DNA of 62,939 nt, the filler included, from Pirum gemmata (taxonomy: Eukaryota): NCBI GenBank assembly GCA_002812295.1. It is 23 parts of 23 records of this genome, joined end to end, with 100 filler letters (N's around TTAATTAATTAA, not from the genome) between each part and the next. Parts side by side here need not be neighbours in the genome. Positions count along the whole stretch, not along the records: positions 13,251 to 15,802 come from PDIN01005705.1; positions 15,903 to 18,473 come from PDIN01005706.1; positions 18,574 to 21,142 come from PDIN01005707.1; positions 21,243 to 23,811 come from PDIN01005708.1; positions 23,912 to 26,431 come from PDIN01005709.1; positions 26,532 to 29,083 come from PDIN01005710.1; 17 more parts are not named here. One strand, written 5' to 3'. Both the position numbers and the translations under genes were made by a program. Below are positions 14,304 through 28,219 of this stretch, piece after piece. Numbering within the stretch: position 1 is the first letter of the stretch; each line of letters begins with the position of its first letter. Under the pieces are notes generated by a model. It was not told the DNA's origin, ran no database searches, and saw nothing but the letters and a program-made list of their open reading frames with translations.

Positions 14304-16139
14304 TTAATTATTAAAATAATAATAATAATAATAATAATAAAGTATTCATAAAAAAATAAAAAAAAATACTGTCTTTTATCAGGGTTTACAAAATTTAATG
14401 CTGAACTTTCCCCTTAATTAATTAAATCCCTATTTTTTTTTTTGAAATTTCATAGACTAGCGGGGCGCCAAAACTGCGCCAAACTGGCGCCAACCAAAAT
14501 ATGTACTAGCAGAGCATACTTTTTTTCATTATATATATTTATTAATATTTATTTAATTTAAAATTATCGTCTCATAATTTAAAAATTCATACGGTGATAT
14601 AACGTGTTTGTTAAAATACAATAAAAACAATACGTATTTCAACATTACTAAAGTTAATTAATATCATCAACATTGCTTTTTCTTTTTTAATTTTTTTTTT
14701 TTTTTTTGCTTTAAAAAAAAAAAAAGAAAAAGTAAAAGAAAAAAAAAAATACGAAGTTTGTTTTACGTTTGTTTTACGTTATGTTTGTTTTACGTTTTAC
14801 GTTATGTTTTACGTTATGTTTGTTTTATTAATACGTTTGTTATGGTTAGGCAAAAAAAGTAGACAATATGTTTTAAACGTTTGTTTTATATAGCAAGCAA
14901 TAAACACATTGTATACAAAAAAACATGTAAGTAACAAAGTAAGAATTACGAAGAACTATCATAATTATATATAAGCAATAATAATAATTAGTTTTGAAAA
15001 GGGCCAGTAAAAAGGGAAAAAACTGAAAAACTATATAACTAAACAACGAAAACGAAAACGAAAAAAAAAAAACTGTTTGAGTATAGTTTGCAACAGTAGA
15101 AAAAAACAACTAAAAAAACTCTAAAAAACAACGAACAAAAACAAAAAAAACAAAGTAAAAAACAAAAAAATGAAAATAAACGATTTTTTTTTCTCAGACC
15201 CCCGTCGAGGGAAAATGTCATTTTCTGTAGTATAAATTTTATTATAAAGAATGTCTGAAGAGTGTCTGAAGAGTGTCTAAAGTATTCGCCAATTACGTCA
15301 TAAAAAAAATTTACAAAAATAAATAAAATTTCATTTTTTTTATTGATTTATCAAGGATTTATAAAAAAAATCTTTTTTGTTGACATTTTTTTATTTATTT
15401 ATTTATTTAGACTATTTATTTATTTAGACTAAACGATAGAAAAAAAAACTTGATTTGCTTGTTTAGTGTAATAAATTTCGATAAAAAAGGGTGGAAAAAT
15501 CGTCACTATTTGTTATTATTTTTGTAGTATTATTATTGATACTCGGTATTGTTCCAAAAACACACATTTTTACGCTCCCGCTCTGGTATTTTGAAAATAA
15601 TTTTTTTAAAATTTTTTTCGAGTCAGATCTTACAACAACAACAACAAAAACTTTAGAAGCCAAAATAGTATCATACCGGGCACATTTTAGTATTTGAAAT
15701 AGTTTAATTTCAATGTTTAATATTTAAAACATACCTAATTGAATATTTTTTGCCCCTTTTTTTTTCTAAAAAAATGTTGTAGTAGTTCTATGAGAGTCTA
15801 TGNNNNNNNNNNNNNNNNNNNNNNNNNNNNNNNNNNNNNNNNNNNNTTAATTAATTAANNNNNNNNNNNNNNNNNNNNNNNNNNNNNNNNNNNNNNNNNN
15901 NNTACTAGTAGTAACATAAATAATAACAATCAATAATAATGATAATAAATAATAATGCATATTAATAGCAATGCATAATAGTAATAATATATATTATTAA
16001 TAATAAGAATAATAATAATAATAAATAATAATAATAAATAATAATAATAATAAATACCAATTATAATAATTATGAATATTAATAATAATAAATAATAATT
16101 ATAATAATAATACTAATAATAATAATAATGATAATAATA

Positions 16140-16574
16140 GCCATTGAAAAAAACGAATGTGTTCCGAAAACATCCTCAAAAGATCAGGCTAGATTAAAAA
16201 TAAAACGTAGACAGAAACCCTGTTCCCCGCAACCTCATGCTTGTGCAGTTCAAGGCAAAAACTGTGGTTTTGCTTATGATAGCTGTGGGAACAAATATGC
16301 TTGTGGATCATGTCAATCTCATGAAACTTGCAATGTTGCACAAAAATGTGAATGTTCTCCGCAAAAAAATATTTGTCAATTACAAGGCCGTAACTGCGGT
16401 ACTACAAAAGACAGATGTGGTAATTAACTTTCTTTTACATTTTACTTTATTGTAAAGTTTACTTATTATTTATTATTTATTATAAATTATATATTATATA
16501 TTGTTTATTATTTATTATTTATTTATTTGTTATTTATTTATTTATTATTAAATTTTACTGTTTAATTTTTTAAT

Positions 16575-16619
<45 letters not shown>

Positions 16620-17135
16620 TCAATTTTTTTTTTGTTTAGGTCATCAATATGCTTGTGGTAGTTGCACACACCCATGGGCGTGTAATACTGGTAATGGTCA
16701 ATGCTCATGTTCTTCACAACCTGGAATTTGTAATAATAGATGTGGGATTATACGAGATCAATGTGGTAAGCATATATATATATATTATATATATTATATA
16801 GTTATATATATTAATATATAAATAATAATAACAACTTGAAAAAATAATTAAAATAAATCATTTTAACGTTTTAACATATTATTACAGGAAAAGATGTAAA
16901 TTGTCAAGGTTGTGCAGCTCATTCTTACTGTGATGGTGGATCAAAACACTGTGTTCGTAGAAAATGCCCTAGAAAGGTAGAACGTGGCGATTGTTCAGGG
17001 ATGATGTGTAATGTGAAAACATACATATGGGATGAAACATTGGCTGGAGAGTATAGAACATCTAGTTGTACCGGCATTGCATGTAGTCATAATAATCGCC
17101 GATTGTTTTGTAACAATAATGGACAATGGCAATAA
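16140..17135 (+). CDS. Cys-rich repeat protein (CG-x3-D-x-CG-x3-CG-x-C units), last three exons
   Basis: Exons ~16140-16419, 16640-16765 and 16888-17135 with GT-AG introns splice in frame (NCGFAYDSCGNKYACGSC; NCGTTKDRCGHQYACGSC; RCGIIRDQCGKDVNCQGC); stop TAA at 17133-17135. Confidence 0.85.
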
Positions 17136-18166
17136 ATATTAATATAATAAATTGTTTTGTAATAATAAAGGGCAATGAGAATAAATTAAGGTTTAGGGCT
17201 AGGGTTAGGGTACCAGCTGCAGTAAATAATCAACCAAAAAATTTAATTACAATAATGGACAATGGCAATAAATATTAATATAATAAATTGTTTTGTAATA
17301 ATGAAGGGTAATGACAATAAATTAAGGTTTAGGGCTAGGGTTAGGGTTAGGGTTAGGGTACCAGTGTCGTACCGGGGTCTACTTAGCTTGTTCGAGTCTG
17401 TTAGCTACTTACTAAGTCACTGGTAATGATCTTGATTACTTACTGATTGGTGATGTCGTTAATTGGATCACTTGGTTTAATACTGATTGGTGATGCCGTT
17501 AATTGGATCGCTTGATTTAATATAAATAACTCTAACCCTAACCCCAACCCTAACCTATTTTAGATGATTGGGTGATCGGGATAATGTGGACTTTCCCTCA
17601 GGAATAAGTGAATGTGATTGAGCGATGTTGATCATCTTACCATATATGTATATCTATAAATATACATGTGGATATGTGTATCTGTAATGTTATAATGTAA
17701 AGTTATAATTACTAATNATAAGCGGCTTTGTTTTCACTAACTGAAACAAAACAGTCAAATATACAATTTTCAAACCTTTAATATAATCACTTTCGATACT
17801 ACATAACCAAACCAAAACTATAATTGTAAACTGTATAATATTTATAATATTATATTATTATAATAATTAGTATATAAAACTAGCTAGAGTATAATATAAT
17901 TATATATAATATTATATAGTACACCATAATTATAAACTAAACATTAATTACCGGTAGTTATATATAACCATAACGGTTAACCATAATCATAACCATGTCC
18001 ATAACCATAACGGGTATATAATATTAATATAATATTAATATATATGTTATAATAACATGTTGTTTACAAACCATGAATGTACTCATGTACATGAATGTTT
18101 ATTTTAATACTATTAAATAGCTAGTAAGCTTACTAATGTATGATCGAGTAGTACAGAATCAGAGAG

Positions 18167-18465
18167 TGCAGAATTCTGCCCGGGCAGAATTTGGCCTTTT
18201 TCAAGAAATGACAAAATGGTGTTTTTCCTCTCTAACTCGATCAAAAATTAATTTTTTGAAAAGAAAAAAAAAAAGAGATTGATTCTATGATACCACTATA
18301 AAAATATAAACTTTTCAAACCCATGTATTTATTAATAAACTCGAAAAAATTAAATTCGAACAGACCAAACAGACCAGAAATTCTGCTCGGCAGAAATCGA
18401 GCTTTTCGGGGCAGAAGGCAGAAGCAGAAAGTCGAGTTTTAGGGGCAGAATTCGGAGATGTCTAG
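18167..18465. mobile_element. Relative of MITE family C with multiple GCAGAA subterminal motifs
   Basis: Ends GCAGAATTCGGAGATGTCTA like family C termini; repeated GCAGAA/TTCTGC motifs. Confidence 0.55.
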
Positions 18466-18633
18466 ACTTCTCTNNNNNNNNNNNNNNNNNNNNNNNNNNN
18501 NNNNNNNNNNNNNNNNNTTAATTAATTAANNNNNNNNNNNNNNNNNNNNNNNNNNNNNNNNNNNNNNNNNNNNGGACAACATGTACAACAACAACAACAA
18601 CAACAACAACAGCAACAAAACAACAACAACAGC

Positions 18634-18692
<59 letters not shown>

Positions 18693-19308
18693 GAACGATA
18701 ACAACAACAACAACAACAACAACAACAGCAACAACAACAACAACAACAGCAACAACAAAAATCAAGAAATACAATGATTAGCTACATTTTTGTTTTATTT
18801 AATTTATTAAGAATTATTATAATTATAATTATAATCATTATAATCATTATTATAGGTATACTAAAAATGTTCTGTACAATCCAGACAGGGCCTAACCCTT
18901 AACTTGTTGTTATTTGTTTGTTGCTTGTCTTGTTTGTTGTTTGCTGTTTATTGTTTGTAGTTAGTTTTTTGTAATAATAATAACAATATGACATTAACAA
19001 TAAAAATATATTTAGATTCCTAACCCCAACCCTCACCCCAACCCCAACCCCAACTCCCAAATAATAATTAAATAATAATTAAATAATAATAAAATAATAA
19101 TAAAATAATATGTTTAATAAAATAATAATAAAATAATAATAAAATAATAAAATAATAATAAAATAATAAATAATAAATAATAAATAATAGTAAAAATATA
19201 ATAATAAATAATGAATAAATAATGAATAAATAATAAACAATAAATAATAAATAAATAATAAATAAATAATAAATAATAAATAATAAATAATAAATAATAA
19301 ATAATAAA

Positions 19309-19901
19309 TGAAGAATACACCTTAGTAAAAAATAACGATTTGCAAACAAATTATAAAGATAAATTGGATATTTTAATTTCTGATTGGTTAAAATCATTAA
19401 ATATCGATCCTGAAAATCCAAAAAATTCATTTTAACTACCAAAGACCCACAAAAATGGGATAAAGGTCAAGCCGTTTTTCACTGGATTTATGCATTGTAT
19501 CATAAACCTACCAAGAAAATAGTGAATTTCGTTAAATATTTTTTTATGCAATACAAACAGAATTTTGATCCTGTTTTACCTGAAGTATTTAACAATATAA
19601 CATGTGAGAAAGTAAATGTAACCAAAATTCGTTCATTAAAACGGACGAGATTAATACCAGTTTTTGGTTAGAATCTTTATACAATACAATGTTTCCTCGA
19701 ACCAGTGTAAAAAAATATGATTTAAAACACCAACTGACTTCTGCTACCTTGACGTTCAGAAAAGAAAATCCCGAAATTATTGGTGTATCTAAAAATTTTA
19801 ATAGGGATTTATTCCATGACTCTGAATTAGATAAGCATATTGACCATCAAAAGGTTGTAATTTTATATCTTCTTGATGGGTATTATAAAGTCCATGTCTG
19901 A
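19309..19901 (+). pseudogene. Frameshifted intronless coding remnant of unknown family
   Basis: Coding-like segments in alternating frames: EEYTLVKNNDLQ...DPENPK / FILTTKDPQKWDKGQAVFHW / YALYHKPTKK...VFNNITC / ESKCNQNSFIKTDEINTSFWLESLYNTMFPRT...YYKVHV. No splice signals at the shifts. Confidence 0.45.
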
Positions 19902-20020
19902 AATCATTAACTCTTTCATTCATTAATTGATAAGCCATTTTAATTTTTTATTTTTCATTTTTTTAATTGAAATTATTTAATAATTTAAAAACGAACCAAT
20001 ATTAAGTAAAAACAAGGAAA

Positions 20021-20299
20021 ATGAATAATGAAGAATTTAATAATATTAATACATTTGAAGATATTAAAAGCGCTTTTCCAATAACTAAAGAACAAGAAGA
20101 AGAAATGCTGATTCAAGGAGAAAGATTATACAACTCTATTGATTTTGAAAATAACAAAGTTTATAAAAATGCTTTAACAACAAATGTCGAAGATCAAAAT
20201 ATAGATTCCTTAATAGAACTATATAATCGAGGGTTTCCTATTGAGGATTTAGATATTAAAGATCAAGAAATAATTAACTCTAACTTAAAATTAAAGTAA
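20021..20299 (+). CDS. Small acidic hypothetical protein (92 aa)
   Basis: Complete intronless ORF with an A-rich start context and non-repetitive, protein-like composition. Confidence 0.5.
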   Translation: MNNEEFNNINTFEDIKSAFPITKEQEEEMLIQGERLYNSIDFENNKVYKNALTTNVEDQNIDSLIELYNRGFPIEDLDIKDQEIINSNLKLK

Positions 20300-21757
20300 T
20301 TTAGTTAAAAACATTTATATTTAATAATAAATATTAAAATAAATTATGTTTTGCGTACAACTTAAAAATGTTGTACATAATTTTAATTTGAAAAAAATTG
20401 ATATGAATTTTGAAATTAATAATGAACGAAATGAACGAACTAGTTATCGAAGTAATGATCGAACAAGTGATAGTGAACGAACGGAGGATTAAGTGCTAGA
20501 TGTGTGTGAAGGAGAACATTTATCGCCGCGTTCGTTTAGGGAACATTCATTTTGTCTACAAAGGACTTCATTTATTCTTTGATAAAAGTCATTGCTCGAA
20601 AGTGTGACTTAAACTGTTCTAGGCAGTAATTAATTATTAAAATGAACTTATAAAATTATGACCAAAAGTGTTTTGGTATGGATGATTCCTTACAGTAATA
20701 CAAATAGACCCCCCAGGGGCCTAACTGGAATTTAATACATAATGTTGTGAGAAAATAAAACATGTTTGTTTACAAATAATATGGTAGAAATTGATTTTGG
20801 TTGGGTTTATCCATGTGTTGGATGGGGTTCCTTGGCTGGCGTCCTGACTCCTAGTTGGGATTATATATATATATATATATATGGAAACATAAGTGCTTAT
20901 AGATGTGTGATTCACAGCGTGAACTGTGAAGGAGAAAAATTATCACCGCGTTTAGACTCTCGACTAGCTAGCTAGTAGTGTAGTGTTGTTGTATTATTTT
21001 ATTTTATTTATTCCTGTATTTATCTTGACAGATAATAAAAGGTATGATGATAATTTATTGTTTTTATTTGTAAATAAACACTTACAATAGCTTTGGCACT
21101 TATAATATTAATATTAATAATAAATAATAATAATAATAATAANNNNNNNNNNNNNNNNNNNNNNNNNNNNNNNNNNNNNNNNNNNNTTAATTAATTAANN
21201 NNNNNNNNNNNNNNNNNNNNNNNNNNNNNNNNNNNNNNNNNNATTAACATACAATAATAATAATAATGAAATAATAATAATTATATATTTTTTAATTAAA
21301 TTAATAAAATAATAGTAATTAATCATAATTGATAATATAGTATACGTAATGAATAATAATAAACTAACAAACAAATTTAAACTTGATTAAAATATAGGCA
21401 AAATATTACATGAAGACTTAGTGTATAATATATTTTAAAATATATTATTAATTTTATCATTTGAAATAATATCGTAATTAATTTTTTTTAAATTATGACG
21501 AGCAATATTTTTGATTAATTTGTTTAAAAAATTAAATTTTGTTTGCTTTCATTATTATTATTATCAATAACATCATAATAATATTAGAAACAAAATTTAA
21601 AATATTATTATTATTAATTAATATTATTATTTTATTAATATTTATTAATATTAATATTGTTGTTAATTTATAATTATTACTATAATCCTACATTAAATTT
21701 TTAATAATTACTTTTATTAATTAATTAATGAAAAATAAAAGAAATCGAAGTATAACT

Positions 21758-22594
21758 TCATTGAAATAATTCAGAAAAATCTGACATACTAACAGAGAAA
21801 TCAAAATTGGTTAAACTATTATCATTGGTATTCAAAGACAAATCATTTGTACTTTTACTAAATCCACTAGAATGGGCTAACAATAGAGAAAAATTATCAT
21901 TTGACCGTTCTTCGATGCCACCCATCAAAGACAATAGAAAATCATTCCCCATACTATTATCATTATTATTGTTATTAATATTCATTGCTAAATTCAAGTC
22001 CGGTGCAGAGTTAGAAGAGAGAAAAGGTTTCTCAAATATAGAATCTAAACTTCTTTTCTTAGTCAAAGTCGGTGGTTTTTCATCTTCGTCCATTCTATCA
22101 CTTTGAGGTTCAACTTTAACCTCAGGAACTGAGGACTCCATTTCTTCAAGTTTTATATCCTCTCCTTGGTCTTTTTGTTGTTGTTCATTATCCATTTCTT
22201 TATCATTGTCACTTTCATTGCTTTCTTCTTCGCTTTTTTCATTTCCATCTTCTTCCTCACCTTCTTCCTCATCTTCTTCCCCATCTTCTTCCTCTTCCTC
22301 TTCATCCACGTTCACATCTAAAGATGGACATGATTTAGACCGGATTCGTGAAATTTGATGTTTTTGCCTCATGTGTTGAAACAAAGCGGTCTCTGATGCA
22401 TACACGCGTTTGCACTCCGTTACCTCACACGCAAAGCTTCTGTCTAATTCTTGAAAAGTTCTTCTCAACCTCTTTTTCCTGGTGGAATCCTTTTTAACCC
22501 TAGGGGACCCTAACATAATACTTGGGGCAGTATTTAATCGTGATCTTACCCCCACATCACTATTAACTCCCATAGTAAATCCAAACGCTGTATT

Positions 22595-22637
<43 letters not shown>

Positions 22638-23138
22638 AACAAACTAAGTTGTTGTTGTTGTTGTTGTTGTCTAGGTAATATTGGTGAACTTGACCGGCGT
22701 AACAAGGGGGATGGTATACTAGTTTGACGACTTATTCTTCTCTTTTTTGATATAGGGGAATTAACAGGAGAAATTAAACAATCTAAATTATTTTTAGGTA
22801 TACCGGTATTAAGATTACTTATATTGGCTGTCGTGCTTCTAGAAAAAGTAGTGAACGGATTGTTCCCCCCTAAAGGGTGTTCTTCTAATCCTATAAGAGT
22901 ACCTTGTGAACTGGCTTTTCTCAGTCGCCCTGGCATAGAAACTGCAGGAGAACTATTACGACGAAAGTTTAAATTATGAATGAGTTGTTGATGATGATCT
23001 TGTTGTTGTTGTTGTTGTTGTTGTTGTTGCTGTTGTTGTTGTTGTTGTTGCTGTTGCTGTTGCTGTAGTTGCTGTTGTTGTTGCAATTGTTGTAAGCGAA
23101 AGTGGGAATTTTGTTGTTTTAATTGTTGCAAATTTATG

Positions 23139-23184
<46 letters not shown>

Positions 23185-23323
23185 GGTTATTTTGGTTCAT
23201 AATAGACAGTAAATTATCTGTGTTAAAATTGCTGTTAAATACAACAAGATCATCTTGTAATTGTGGTTTGCCATTATTAATTAAATTATATTGTTGTTGG
23301 ATTGTTAAAGCTGGTACTGCCAT
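21758..23323 (-). CDS. C2H2 zinc-finger transcription factor with poly-Q and acidic tracts (Con7-like finger)
   Basis: RKKRLRRTFQELDRSFACEVTECKRVYASETALFQHMRQKH: a basic RR-x-x-x-E-x-x-R helix before a single C2H2 finger. Likely ATG at 23323 (MAVPAL). Confidence 0.85.
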
Positions 23324-24258
23324 GTTTATTACTTGCAAATTGTGTATTGTAGGAAATGAAAAAATATATAATAATAAACAAAAAATATAAATCACTGTTA
23401 AAAAAAAAAATTAATAGAAAAACTTTCTTTTTTTTTTTTGTTTTTTTGTTGGTTCACAAAAATTTTACAAAAAAATTTATGATTCAATAGCCTTATATTT
23501 TCTTTCCTTCTTTTTATTGCTTTTTTGCTTTTTTGTTTTTTTATCACAGAATTTCTTGAAAAATGTTTTATATATATGATGTAGGGTATAGATGTACATA
23601 CATGTAAGTGTTCAAACAATTTAAAAACGTCTGACTTTTGGGTTTCACTAGACTTTTTAGTTTTTTTGAACATTAAGTAATGTAATCAGTATTTAATAGG
23701 TTTGAAATTTTCGAACATGAAAAAAAAAATGGGACTTTGAATTATTAGTAAAAAAAAGTAGGGCGATTTTAGATTGTTTGCACCATAAAGAAAAACTAAA
23801 ACAACAAAAAANNNNNNNNNNNNNNNNNNNNNNNNNNNNNNNNNNNNNNNNNNNNTTAATTAATTAANNNNNNNNNNNNNNNNNNNNNNNNNNNNNNNNN
23901 NNNNNNNNNNNCTTTTTTTTTGCGAATATTTTTAGGGTGGGAAAAAAGTAAGTGATTTATAAGATTTAATTTTGGTTTGTAATAGCTTTGGGAATAAAAA
24001 AAAAAAATGGTTTTGATAAACAAAAATAATTATTTTTATCGTGAGGTCTCATGTTTTTTTATATTATAATATTAAATTATGATAAATAGGAGTTTTAAAA
24101 ATAGGTCTCTAACTAACTAAAGGATGTTGATTATTTTATAAATCATAGATGCATATTCATGAGTGGGTAGGCCTGGTAGGTCTCATTTAATTTTAGTCCA
24201 GCCAGGATTATTAAATTTTTATGAATTTATTTAGTCTATTTAGACTATTTACTTATTA

Positions 24259-24890
24259 TCGTATGCTTTTCGGTTGTTTTGTCTTCATAAAATATACAAT
24301 AAAGAGTACCAAATTAATACAATGTAACTCCATTTTATTTAAAATTTGGTATATTTTATAATCTAATTATCAATTTAAGAATATCAATTTAAAATATTTT
24401 AACCAACAAAATAAAATAATAAATTAGAGTGACAAAATAAATGAAAAGCACAATATAAATATTTATAAATTCATGAAATCTCATTTAGGGGACGTTCAAA
24501 TGCTACGTAACGCCAATTTCTGGTCAAATACAGCTTCAAATACCCCTACCTACCTACCCCCGACGGTCATATACCACCTACCTACCTACCCCTTGACGTG
24601 ACGTATTATTTGGACGCTCCCTTATTACGATGTAAGCTACTATCGATACTACCAGAGTAGAGTCTAGGTCAGTTAGTTAGCCCAGTCAGACTCAGACAAC
24701 TACTCAGACGTCTTGCTTTTCAGTTGTTTTGTCATCATAAATATATAAAATAAAGAGTACCAAATTAACACAATATAAATCCATTTTATTTAATTTCGTA
24801 TATTTTATAATCTAATTATTAATTTAAAAATATCAGTTTTTAAATATTAAAACCAACAAAATAAATATCAATACTATTGAAAAACACGAT
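24259..24890. mobile_element. MITE cluster: family D (24259-24453), family B inverted (24488-24621, TTA TSD), family D (24711-24888)
   Basis: TTA|GGGGACGTTCAAA ... TTTGGACGCTCCC|TTA; the flanking copies match the 6757 element. Confidence 0.8.
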
Positions 24891-25917
24891 AGACACCTAG
24901 ACAGTCGAAATGTGAGTAGTCACAGCTGTGGTCACATTACTTTAAAATTTCGTACGTCATTTAGACGTCAATTTTGACGTCATATTTTTTTAAATGTAAT
25001 AAACGTCATTTGTTTTTTTACTATGGCTCTCAGCTAGTAGTAGTAGTTTCCAAGCTGTTCTGTTTCACTAGTAGGCTAGTTTCGTATCATATTAAAAAAT
25101 TAATATTATCATAATATCGATAATATTATGATATCATACAAGGACTTCAAATTTGAAGTCCTTGTATCATATTATCATAATATTATCATAATGATAAGTG
25201 TTTCCATATAGACCCCGGTCTATAACTTTTTTTTTTTTATGATATAGACTAGTCCAGTCCATCATATGAATATGATAATTTTTTTGGTAATCTTTTTGTG
25301 TTGATTCTTCTGCTTTTGATTATTTTTGCCCATTCATTTTGTTCTATATTCCAAAACTATTTATTCCAAAGCCTGTTGAGAATATTTGAGAATGTTATGA
25401 TATCATTTTACTTTGAGGTTGTTATTTACTTTGAGGTTTTCAGACCGTTTTAAATTTCTTTACGTTTTTATAAAATTTAATACTAAACCCACTCTACCAT
25501 TTGCCACAATCATATCGAAATCATCATCTTTGTAGGTTCCGACTATTTGGAGGTGTTCTATGATAATAAAGTACCCTAAGTAGTCCGAACCCATAAATCC
25601 GTTTGAATATTCAGGTACAAACCTGTAAAAACACTTTCTTTCTTATTTTATTTTTATTTTTATTTTATTTTCATTTTATTATTTTTATTCTGATGATATA
25701 TTTTCAAAATTTTGACAATTATCATAATTCTTTCGATTTTAAACAAGCCCATAGGAAAACAGTAAATGGAAATGTGATAAGTATTTTTTTTGAATTTGAA
25801 AAACAATACAGAGCGGTCGCAATATTCATTTATGATTCAGCTAGTTTTTTTCTATGATAGCTTTTTTTTTCATTCTTTTTTCACTATATTAAATACATGA
25901 TAAATATGATCATAATA

Positions 25918-26113
25918 TCGTCTATTTCACTAGTTGTCCTCCCAATCCTTAATTTAGTACTGTTTAAAAGTGTATAATTGAACTTGCTTATAAAATACAA
26001 CGTTAAATATCAAATACTAAATTAATTAAAACATGCCCAATAGTTTAATTAACGTAATAATTTGGTAAGTTTATTTCAGTTTTTGAACTGGACAAAACTA
26101 TCGAAAAACACGA
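25918..26113 (+). mobile_element. TA-flanked MITE family E (termini related to family D)
   Basis: TA|TCGTCTATTTCACTAGTTGTCC ... GGACAAAACTATCGAAAAACACGA; partial copies at ~28558-28706, 47385-47490 (inverted), 50868-50925 and 51390-51460. Confidence 0.7.
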
Positions 26114-26575
26114 TTATATATATACCAAGTAAAAACCTTTCTAGTGTGTACTAAGGAGTAAGGATTGATTGTTAAGATCAATTAAATGGTTTTATCCAAA
26201 TTTAGTAGAATATATATAATATTAATATATATAAAATAAGTAAATATACAACCAAAATTGATTTACTACCTGTTTTTGCCTACCTATTTTTGGTTAGGGT
26301 GTTTTTCGTTTTTGTAAACAGTGAAAGAAAATATTTTATTATTTTATTTTTATTTATTCATTTATTCATTTATTCATTAAATTTTATTCGTTTATTCATT
26401 AAATTTTATTCATTTATTCATTTATTCATTTNNNNNNNNNNNNNNNNNNNNNNNNNNNNNNNNNNNNNNNNNNNNTTAATTAATTAANNNNNNNNNNNNN
26501 NNNNNNNNNNNNNNNNNNNNNNNNNNNNNNNGTGGAGGAGAATTTGTAGTAGATTTGACATTCAGTTAATGGGAA

Positions 26576-26613
<38 letters not shown>

Positions 26614-27193
26614 ATTATTATTTTGAAATTTAAATAATAATCACTTTAGTACCAAATTCCTTTGTGATTATATGTCAAAATGTGTAGTAATATTAATATA
26701 TAGTGACACCAAAAAATTAATTTTTTTCGCTATTTTTCGGGCTTATTGAAACTTGATTCGAAAATTTATATATCATATGTCTATATATGTATATATATGT
26801 ATACATATATAGCAAATTTTCGGTTATTTTCGCTAACCGATAATTTGCTATATTTATATATTTATAAATTTTTTTTTTTAAAAAAAAAAAGAAAGCATTT
26901 TTTATACCAATGGTAAGTTCGAAAATGTTTAAAAAATTTCCGCTGCGATTTTCCATTATAGAGTAAGGTTCAATGGGTGAAACCGTAACTATATAAATTT
27001 AGTCAAGTCTAATTTCTGGTCAAATACAGCTTCAAATACCCCCTACCTACCTACCCCTCGACATTAATCTCCGGTCAAATACCACCTACCTACCTAGCCT
27101 ACAACTGGCACAACAAAATAAATAGTATGATAATAATTTCGCCTCGATAATTTCGCGCTGATCATTTTCTAACTTTTTATCAGCTATTTTGCT

Positions 27194-27528
27194 GTATGGG
27201 GCAAACAATTTTTTTAAAAAAAAAACGTCCAACTTTTTGGGATTCACTAGAATTTTCAGTTTTTCAAACATAAATCATGTAATAGGTATTTAATAGGTTT
27301 GAAATTTTCAAACATATAATTAGACTTTTAATTAGTAAAAAAAAGTAGAACGTTTTTAGAATGTTTTCCTATATAGGAGATTTTCTTTTTACTATATATG
27401 TCAATTGAGCACCCAAAAGTAAAAACGTCCAACTTTTTTGTTTTACCAGAATTTTCAGTTTTCGAATATAAATATTTAAAGTGTATTTAACTGTATTTAA
27501 TAGGTTTGAAATTTTGAAACATTATGAT

Positions 27529-27559
<31 letters not shown>

Positions 27560-27612
27560 ACTTTTTAAATTAGTGAAAAAGTTGGCCGTTTTTAGAATCT
27601 TTGCATCATACT
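27194..27612. mobile_element. Two tandem copies of MITE family H
   Basis: AAAAACGTCCAACTTTT...TTTAATAGGTTTGAAATTTT...CGTTTTTAGAAT is repeated; homologous to ~23620-23787 and inverted 58877-59037. Confidence 0.7.
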
Positions 27613-27984
27613 AGTCTACAAGACAGTCAAGACTATACCAAAAATATTTTTCCTTTTTTTTTTATCTGGAGTTTTTTTTTCCTCAAACACACTACTAGGT
27701 CAAATACAGCTTCAAATACCCCCCTACCAACCTACCCCTTGGTGTTAATTTCCGGTCAAATACCAGCTACCTACCTAACCCTTGGCGTGACGTATTATTT
27801 GAAGCTCAGATAGGCTTAGCTAAAAGGACTCTGAATTTCTGAAAGGTCGAGCGATAGCTCACATTTTATTTTAAACCAATGATGTTTTCGTAAATCTTTC
27901 TTTGATTTATTATTGGTGGTTAATGTTTTAGGTAAGTATAATTGGTTAACAACTTAAAAAAAAAAAAAAGAACAGCAATAAGCA

Positions 27985-28219
27985 AGGAGGGGTGAGAACT
28001 CTTATGGCGAACTTTTTTGACCAAGGCACAAAGTAAATATTGTTCGCCTGTTTCGCCTTACCATATTTAGTATTTGTAATTATTTATTTAGTAGCTACTT
28101 ATTTAAGTAGTTACTTTAAAAAGAGTTTATTATACTATTTATAGTAACTTTAGGAAAATTTCTGGAAGTTCGCCGGTCCGAGCATCCAATTAGTAAGATG
28201 ACGTCATCTCATCCCTCCT
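27985..28219. mobile_element. MITE family G with 8-bp target-site duplication
   Basis: AATAAGCA|AGGAGGGGTGAGA ... TCTCATCCCTCCT|AATAAGCA. Confidence 0.8.

Noticed and set aside
17400..17640. Possible C/D snoRNA or U3-like RNA (TGAT-rich, 40-bp tandem repeat)
   Set aside because: I could not establish a canonical RTGATGA...CTGA pair with a terminal stem; an Infernal/Rfam scan would be needed.
25460..25625. Minus-strand exon-like stretch FVPEYSNGFMGSDYLGYFIIIEHLQIVGTYKDDDF
   Set aside because: It has a plausible acceptor, but it is short, has no recognisable family and no clean upstream exon.
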